Assembly (NCBI RefSeq): GCF_006345805.1
Contig: NC_043004.1
Span: 84,010,001 to 84,074,000 of the forward strand
DNA length: 64,000 bases
Direction: 5' to 3'
From: Octopus sinensis
Taxonomy: Eukaryota
Under the pieces are notes generated by a model, which was not told the DNA's origin, made no database searches, and saw only the letters and a list, made by a program, of their open reading frames with translations. A program made the translations under genes and the position numbers. Positions 55,501 to 64,000 of this stretch are shown in pieces (the stretch's first letter is position 1; each line of letters starts with the position of its first letter).

Positions 55501-55559
55501 TTCAGAGGCTGACGAAAACAATCTCGTCAGATGTGACCCAATGATGAAAAATATGGGTT

Positions 55560-55768
55560 TAAAATTTTGGCACATATCCAGCAATATTTCGGCGTGTGGA
55601 TATGTTGAATACATCGATTTCAGTATTCAACTAGTACTTATTTTATCAACGCTGAAAGGATGGAAGGCAATGTCCACCTCAGCGGAACTTGAATAAAAAT
55701 GTGAAGACGGACGAGATGCTGCTAAACATGTAGACCGGCGCACTAACAATTCTGCCAGCTCACTGCTT
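55560..55768 (-). mobile_element. SINE family B, diverged
   Basis: gaaaggatggaaggcaatgtccacctcagcggaacttgaa...tctgccagctc. Confidence 0.75.
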
Positions 55769-57589
55769 TATCTACATGAAGTATATTGTACAGAGTTTAT
55801 AAGCGATCTGTCTGTCAGACATGTGGTTTAGGTTTTAGTTACTAGATGGGAGCACTTTATTTTAAAATCCAATTTATGCTCCTGTTTTACAATATTATAT
55901 TGCTTGTGATTGTCAGCAAATTTCTTAGATATATCTAAAAATCTGTTTTCCTATATTGTTGATGTTTTGCTAATTTTCACGTATTACTGCTATTTCAGAA
56001 TACAGAGTGTGTTTCTCTTTTTATTTTGACACAGTAAATAATTCTTAGGGTGTTAAAAATGTAGAAATACTTTCGTTTTGTTTAGTATAAATAAATTACC
56101 ACTCAGCGAAACATAAACAAACCGTTAAACATAAATGACTTAACACAGTTTGTTGTTCGTTTTATGTGCAATTAAATTTGCATATAGATTTTGCTTATTT
56201 TTTACTTCACATACATTTCAAACTTGAATATTATGAAGCTGTTTATGACGTGTGAAGATTTTGAAAATGTACCTATAAATTTTTATTTTGTGAAATTAAG
56301 TAGAATATATTTCTATTTCTATATAATTTTCTTATGATTCCAAGTTCATATTCAAACCATAAAAGGAGCAATTAAATCAGGAATGCGTTTAATAATAGAA
56401 TCATTATTTCTACTGCGTAAGAACTGTCTCATTAAAACATTTCAGCTTGTGCGGGAGACGAGCATACCAAGGAGAAAGTGGAATTGATAGTACAAATATC
56501 AAATCATATCCCACAGATTTGCCGATGATCATAAAGTATGATGATGCCCCCTGCTAAATGAAGGAATATATTTTACAATGATAGTAATGTGTAAAATATA
56601 AACGTGACCTTTTATTTTCATGGCTCCTCATTCTGAAAACTTTCAATAAATCCTAAAACAGTACTGTTGATATTATATTAAGTGTCAAATGAATTGCTTC
56701 ATCTATTTTCATTACCTATCCCTTGTGCAACCCAAGGCAGCAGGCTCGCGAAGTTAAGGAAAGTCTTCTTAAAGCGGTTTGATAAAAAATATAATGCATG
56801 TCTTGCTGTATGTTACACAAATTTGATAAAGATATGCGATAATACTGAATATCAATTAGTACCCTATTATGCCTATATTAGAAACAAAATATTTCCGAAA
56901 ATCCTACGTCTAGGGTGTCAAAATACATTCTGTATATAGTGCATATCCAATTTGCACATTTCTAGTCTTCTCGAAATATTGAATCCAGTGAGAAATACTC
57001 TCAAGTTTTCTTTATTACCTTTCGCGCGTAAGCCAAAGCAATGTATTGTAGTCGCTCGCCTTTGTGTGTTTGAAAAAGTACTGGAAAATGGCTGAATGTA
57101 TTTTCACCAAATTTAGCAGATTCACTCAATGGATGTATGGCTCGAAATGATGAAAATTTGCTTTGATTATCTTCAAATATACGTAAAATCATATATATAT
57201 ATATACATATATATATATGCGACTTTGCATGTGAGTGTGTGTGTGTGTGTGTACATGCATGTAGGCACGCAAGGTATATGTATGGGTGTACAGTGATGGA
57301 TTCAAGGATTTCGTTTCCTTACGAGTTGTTTTCTAAATTTCAAAGTAGTAACATTTACTATGATGGTGATAGTTAAAAGAAAAATAAAGAAACAAAATCA
57401 CCTGCCCGCAGGGTAGGCATCGCCGCTCCAATGTCTTTGCTCTCTTTGCATTTATAGTCGTGAAATTTCTATTACAGAAAGATGAAGTCATAAAGACAGC
57501 AACTCGAAGCAAGATTTTATTGCTACCTCGGAAATTTAACAACGCGACACTGAAAACCTTAAACGTATGAGGTATCTCAAATTTATCCC

Positions 57590-57655
57590 ATACTAGCAGC
57601 AAACAAGATGAGGACAAATATCCGTCAAGTGTAAATAATGTAAATAATGTAAAAT
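57590..57655 (+). mobile_element. Tail fragment of the HHR-SINE family (33345-33713), without the ribozyme
   Basis: aaacaagatgaggacaaatatccgtcaagtgtaaataatgtaaataat matches the reverse complement of 33350-33392. Confidence 0.65.
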
Positions 57656-57701
57656 TATTAATGTAAGCAACTCCGGAAACTGATAATATTCTTGAGAATT
57701 T

Positions 57702-59516
57702 AGGGCGGTCAGCTAAAAGAAAAGTTAGCACGCTGGGCGAAATGCTTAGAGGTATTTCGTCGGCCATTACGTTCTGAGTTCAAGTTCAAATTCCGCCGAG
57801 GTCGACTTTGACTTTCATCCTTTCGAGTGGATTATATAAGTACCAGTTACGTACTGGGTCGATGTAATCGACTTTATCCGTTTGTCTGTCCTTGTTTGTA
57901 CCCTCTGTGTGTAGCCCCTTGTGGGCAGTAAAGAAAAAGGTATTTCGTTTCTCTTTACGTTCTGAGTTCAAATTCCGCCGAGGTGGAATTTGGCTTTCAT
58001 CCATACGGGTCAATATATTAAGTACCAGTTGCGTACTGGAGTCGATCTAATCAACTGCCCCCAAACCCCCAAAATTTTGGGACTTGTGCTTAGAGTAGAA
58101 AAGAATATTCTTGAAATTACGCCTCCTATCGAAGTTATACAGCTGACTTATGTAAACTTAAAATGAAAAATTCCTTTAAGTGAAAGCTCGTTAAAAACTA
58201 TCTTGTTTAGCGAGCTAAAAAACATTTACTATTGTAAGACTTATAGCGTTCCAAGTACCTATACCAACAAAATCACTTCATTTAAGAAAAAAAAATCGTA
58301 TACCAGTATATTAAGAATTGCAGTATATATGATATTCTTGAAATTGTCCCTTGTTATACATCTATTTTGTGTAATAGCATGCATCCATTCAACGCAAAAT
58401 CACTTTAAGATTATATCGTGTTTAAAAAACAAATCATTTTATCAAAAATATTCACTGAACAAACTCTAGAATCTGATAATATTCATGAAATTGTGTCTCG
58501 TATAAAAGTTATATAGCTATTATTAAATGATCATTAATGAAAATAGAGGCGAGCGAGAATGAGAGACTTTGCAAATAAAAACGTAAAAATTTTACCTGCA
58601 ACGAACTAATAGTGATTATTGTTAAACATTAGACTCTACCCCGCATTGAATACAATGAATATTTAAATTTATGAAAAACTGGACAAAGTGAATGCAATGA
58701 ATAATTAAATTTGGAGTTTGAAAATTTCAATAAACTACAGAAATCGTAATATTAGAAAAATTCTTAGAACATGTATTCATAAAAATAATTCTAGTCAGTC
58801 ACGATTTTAATATTGCTTTCTGTTAGTGCTTTTGGTAACTGTTGCATACCGAATTAATAAGCAGCTTCCTCCATCATAGTATAGATATGTAAAGGCGGTG
58901 AGCTGGCAAAAGCGTTAGCATGCCGGGCTTCATTTTTGCGGTATTTCGCCTGTCGCTACGTTTTGAGTTCAGATTCTGCCGAGGTGGAAATTATATTTCA
59001 TTCTACCTGGGTCGATAAAATAACTACCAGTTGCGTACTGAGATCGATTTAATTTAAGGTCCTCCTTTCCGAAATTTTTCAGCTCTTGTGCCTATAACAG
59101 AAATTATTATATATATATATATATATATGTGTTAAGGCGGCGAGCTGGCAGAAACGTTATTACCCCGGGAGAAATGCTTAGCGGTATTTCGTCTGTTACG
59201 TTCTGAGTTCAAATTCCGCCGAGGTCGACTTTACCATTCATCCTTTCCGAGTAGATTAAATAAGTCCCAGTTACGCACTGGGGTCGATATAATCAACTTA
59301 ATCAGTTTGTCTGTCCTTTTTTGTCCTCTCTGTGTTTAGCTCCTTGTGGGTAGTAAAGAAATAGGTATTTCTTCTGCCGCTATGTTCTGAGTTCAAATTC
59401 AGCCGAGGTAGACTTCGCTTGTCATCCTTTTGGAGTCGATAAATTAAGTACAATTTGCGTACCGAAGTTGACTTAACCGACTTAACCACTCTCCCAGAAT
59501 TTCAGGTCTTGTGCCT
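57702..59516 (+). mobile_element. Three same-orientation SINE-B copies (57702-58108, 58892-59105, 59134-59516); two have an internally duplicated core
   Basis: The motif ttctgagttcaaattccgccgaggtcgactt...catcctttc recurs twice within the first and third copies. Confidence 0.85.
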
Positions 59517-59540
59517 ATCTATCTATCTATCTATCTATAA

Positions 59541-59586
<46 letters not shown>

Positions 59587-59789
59587 CATTTCAACAATTG
59601 AGGGCAAAATTAATTAATTATTAATCAATTTCACCAAGTGTTCAGTATGCAAAGGGACCATTCAAGGCGAATATATGAGAGAGATTTTCTTTAAGTATTA
59701 GAAATAGCCTTAAAAAAGTTTTTTAGCTGCTATTTCTAATGAGTTCAGTATGCGGCAAAGTAATTTATTTTACTAAGCCCTTTTATATA

Positions 59790-59822
<33 letters not shown>

Positions 59823-60565
59823 AATATGTATATATGTGTGTGTGTGTGTGTGTGCGTTTGGGTTTGTTTGGGTGATACGCGTGTTTGTGTGTGTAGCCAT
59901 AAGTGTAACTGCACTGGCACACACTTACGCACTCACAAATGCGCACATATTGCTCATTCGCAAATACGTGTTAAAATAATTGTATTTCGTGTTAGAAGAC
60001 TATAACAAACACAAAACTAAAACACTAATATAAAGAAAAAACACAATAACCAAGGCAGCAACAACATTCAGTGAAGGAAATAAATGATGAAACAAAATAG
60101 ACTTTGGCATTGGTTACGTCCGTAATTGTGCAAACAGAAGACACAGTTGTATTTTGGGTAAACAATGTGGAAAGCCGAATGCTCATTTCATTGTTCCGAT
60201 TCAGATAAAGATAAGAGAATTTTCACTGCTTCATTTTATTATCTTCTTCTTGCCATTATTTTCTTTCAAGTAGATTGTAAACGTCTTAATGTAAAATTCA
60301 CACATGATTGTGGTAATTCAGATAATGATAACACAAAATAATTATTGCACGTTACTTTTTTAATTGATTTTTTCCTGGTTTCCTGTCAGAACTATCAAAA
60401 CAAATGGCGATAAACATCAAAATAAGCATTTGAGCCAAAAATATTTTAATCATAACAAACGTATATTTTATAAAATCAAGGATGTCCAAAATAATTTTAC
60501 ACTCGCACAAACACACTCCCACACACACACAGTCACAAGCACAAACGCCAGTATTTTGTGTGCGA

Positions 60566-60615
<50 letters not shown>

Positions 60616-60703
60616 GTAGGTCCCGGGTTGATTCGGGGTTAACCACAGTAAATAAGGTACTCAATACATAGCAGAGTAGTAAATTAATTTATTATATAGA
60701 AGG

Positions 60704-60754
60704 AGCTTCTACAGGACTAGAACTGTTTCATTCAAGAGAAATCTTCAGGAAGCT
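60704..60754 (-). ncRNA. Type I hammerhead HHR-4, left-arm copy
   Basis: Exact reverse complement of 62991-63041. Confidence 0.7.
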
Positions 60755-60910
60755 AGTTAACAAGAATTGTATTGGCATTTATACATTTAGGCAGGTTTAA
60801 AGGGGTGTTGGTGGGGGACTTTTTGGGGGTAGGCATAGCGCAAAAAATCATACTTGGGGGAGTGGTCAAGGAGTCAGTGTTAAATTAGATAGGAGAATAA
60901 AAAAAAAATA

Positions 60911-60973
<63 letters not shown>

Positions 60974-61025
60974 AAAATAAAAAAATATATAAAAAAATAT
61001 AAAAAAATAAAAATAAAAATAAAAA

Positions 61026-61063
<38 letters not shown>

Positions 61064-61377
61064 GGGGGAATAGAGTTTTAGGTAAATAAGGAGATTCTCA
61101 CTTATACCTCTACACATACACACATATATACACTCACACATACATATACATATCTACACATACACATATATATGTATACATACACACACTCACTTGCATA
61201 CACGTATACACACATGTATATATACACACACGACCACACATACATATACACACAGAAAAATATATATATATATACACGTATGTATGTATGTATGTGTGTA
61301 TGTGTATATGTAGGTGTATGTGTGTATGTATATATTTATATTTATTATGTGTGTGGTGTATATATGTATATATATGT

Positions 61378-61426
<49 letters not shown>

Positions 61427-61512
61427 GTGTATGTGTATGTAGGTGTATGTGTGTATGTATATATTTATATTTATTTATATATATATGTGTTATATATGTA
61501 TATATTATATAG

Positions 61513-61545
<33 letters not shown>

Positions 61546-61680
61546 TATGGTGTGTAAGTTTATTATATGTATGTATCCGTCTATATAATAGGTAACTGCA
61601 CGTATATATACTTAATATTTATTATTTTTTGAGTATGCATGTTAGTATGAATATAATATGTATATATATGTATATATATG

Positions 61681-61727
<47 letters not shown>

Positions 61728-61853
61728 ATGTATGTATATAAGTACATGTATGTATTTGTATGTAGGTGTACATGTATGTGTGTGATTTATATTTATTGGT
61801 GTATATGTATAGACTAGCCTTCTAAGAGTGTAGACATGAATCTGTAGGTACGC

Positions 61854-61897
<44 letters not shown>

Positions 61898-62346
61898 TAT
61901 ATGTACATGTATGTATGTATTTGTATGTAGGTGTACATGTATGTGGTGTGTATTTATATTTATTGGTGTAATGTATAGACTAGCCTTCTAAGAGTGTAGA
62001 CATGAATCTGTAGGTACGCGTACGTATGTGTATATACGTGAATGTATGTAGATGTACGTATGTATGAATATAACGCGTGCGTGCGTGTGCGTGTATGCGT
62101 GATGCGTGTACGAATGAGTGAGTGTACGTGCTAATGAGTGTGGTGAGTGAATGAGTAATTGTATTCCAGTAGACGGATAAATGGTCTGGCTGTCATAGCC
62201 AAGATGTTTGTGACCAAGCGGCCAAAGATAACAAAAGTAATAACGAAGATAATAAAATTAAAATTAGGGAATGGGTCTGTATTGTATATGTATATATATA
62301 TATATATGTGTGTATGTGTAGGTATGCATGGGTACACATATGTATA

Positions 62347-62377
<31 letters not shown>

Positions 62378-62990
62378 GTGTATGTATATATATATGTATG
62401 TGTTGTGTGTGTATGGATTTGTGTGTATGCGTGTATGTGAGTATGTGTGTGTACGTGTATATATATATATATTTTTCTGTGTGTATATGTATGTGTGGTC
62501 GTGTTGTGTGTATAATACATGTGTGTATACGTGTATGCAAGTGAGTGTGTGTATGTATACATATATATTGTATGTGAAGATTTGTATATGTATGTGTGAG
62601 TTATATATGTGTGTATGTGTAGAGGTATAGTGAGAATCTCCTTATTTTACCTAAACCTCTATTCCCCCCTTTATATATATATAATATATATATATATATT
62701 ATATATATATATATATATAATATATTTATTTTTTTATTTTTATTTTTATTTTTTTATATTTTTATATATTTTTTTTATTTTTTATTTTTATTTTTTATTA
62801 TTTTATTTTTATTTTTATTTTTTATTTTTTTTTTATTTTTTTTTTATTCTCCTATCTAATTTAACACTGACTCCTTGACCACTCCCCCAAGTATGATTTT
62901 TTGCGCTATGCCTACCCCCAAAAAGTCCCCCACAACACCCCTTTAAACCTGCCTAAATGTATATAAATGCCAATACAATTCTTGTTAACT

Positions 62991-63041
62991 AGCTTCCTGA
63001 AGATTTCTCTTGAATGAAACAGTTCTAGTCCTGTAGAAGCT
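62991..63041 (+). ncRNA. Type I hammerhead HHR-4, right-arm copy
   Basis: Stem I agcttc/gaagct (6 bp). Core CTGAAGA 62997-63003. Stem II U.U mismatch plus ttc-tctt-gaa. GAAA 63016-63019. Stem III ACAG/CTGT with an 8-nt loop. Predicted cleavage at GUA, after 63035. Confidence 0.7.
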
Positions 63042-63051
63042 CCTTCTATAT

Positions 63052-63143
<92 letters not shown>

Positions 63144-63177
63144 CATTATATATATATATTCTTTATTTATATATATA

Positions 63178-63536
63178 GTGTAGGCTCAATGGCCCAGTGG
63201 TTAGTTCAGCGGACTCGCGCTCGAAGGATCGCGGTTTCCGTTCCCAGATCCGGTCTTGTGAGAGTTTATTCAGCAAAAACACCTCCGGCAGGGTTATTTG
63301 GCAAACACTGCTTTACTCTTCCACCACAAACTTCTCTCATTCTTTCTTCCTATTTCTGCTGTACCTGTATTTCAAAGGGCTACCCTTGTAACACTCTGTG
63401 TAACGTGGAATCTCCCCGAGAACTACGTGAAGTGTACACGTGTCTGTGGAGTGGTCAGCCACTTGCACTAATGTCAAAGCGTTTCCGTTGATCGGATCAG
63501 CAGGAACATTCGTCGTCGCAAACGACGGAGTGCCAC
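63178..63536 (+). mobile_element. SINE family C, tail type 3
   Basis: Head gtgtaggctcaatggcccagtggttag and the shared core gtttattcagcaaaaacacc...tccggcag, followed by a third distinct 3' half. Confidence 0.75.
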
Positions 63537-63789
63537 GGCATGTATATTGTATATACATATATATATGTATAAATATATATGTGTGCGTGTGTCTATGTGT
63601 GTACATGAATACACGCATACACACACACTTATTTTTAAGTGAGAGTGTAAGAAAGACACATGTTTATCGAATATTTTATTACTATTTGTAAAAATCTATA
63701 TGTTGCTTTAATAATATTATTTTCTAATTTCTCTATATATTTAAGACTTGAAATCTCATATCACGGATATCACAGGTTTTCTGCTGCAT

Positions 63790-64000
63790 TATTATTTTTT
63801 TCTACTCTAGGAACGGGGCTCGCAATTTTGAGAGAGGTGGACATTCGATTAGATCTACCACAGTACGCAATTGGTACTTAATTTATTGATTCCGAAAGGA
63901 TGAATGGCAAAGTCGACCTCGGTGGAAATCCAACTCAGAACGTAAAGACAAATGAAATACCTATTTCTTTACTACCCACAAGGCGCTAAACACAGAGAGT
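63790..64000 (-). mobile_element. SINE family B, running off the window end
   Basis: ccgaaaggatgaatggcaaagtcgacctcggtggaaatccaactcagaacgtaaag. Confidence 0.85.

Larger units (their letters stand above)
60689..63056. mobile_element. 2.4-kb foldback element with arms 60689-61280 and 62452-63056, each carrying an outward-facing hammerhead near its outer end
   Basis: The arms are reverse complements, including (AAAAAT)n, (TA)n and irregular CA-rich segments. The differences I noted are mostly small indels. The 1171-bp spacer contains a duplication of about 115 bp (61742-61856 / 61902-62021). Confidence 0.85.

Noticed and set aside
55509-55531. CTGACGA with a nearby inverted TCGTCAG
   Set aside because: A simple 7-bp hairpin without the GAAA and stem III arrangement of a hammerhead.

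Overview
AT-rich, repeat-dominated metazoan genomic DNA. The SINE families and the density of (TA)n, (AAT)n and (GATA)n tracts look like Octopus or another coleoid cephalopod; this is recognition from memory, not a database result. I cannot confidently identify any host protein-coding gene, and most ORFs in the track are translated microsatellites. All recognisable coding remnants come from transposons: a Neptune-like Penelope-like element (PLE; 1641-3657, RT core deleted, GIY-YIG remnant present), an R4/Dong-like fragment inside (AAT)n, two CR1/L2-group LINEs, an RTE LINE, a HERO-like 3' end, a decayed mariner and Helitron pieces. There are also several MITEs and about 25 tRNA-derived SINE copies or fragments from at least five families. 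The most notable signal is not in the ORF track: six type I hammerhead ribozyme (HHR) motifs from four unrelated sequence families. They are (1) a 343-bp terminally redundant unit with inverted flanks at 332-939, (2) the PLE pseudo-LTR at about 3523, with a solo copy at about 34052, (3) a tRNA-headed SINE with an HHR tail at 33345-33713, and (4) both arms of a 2.4-kb foldback at 60689-63056. Together they suggest a retrozyme-like set of non-coding, ribozyme-bearing retroelements that depend on PLEs and insert into microsatellites. All folds were derived by hand and cleavage activity is untested. Scattered 1-bp indels in the TA tracts suggest long-read consensus error, so some frameshifts may be artefacts.
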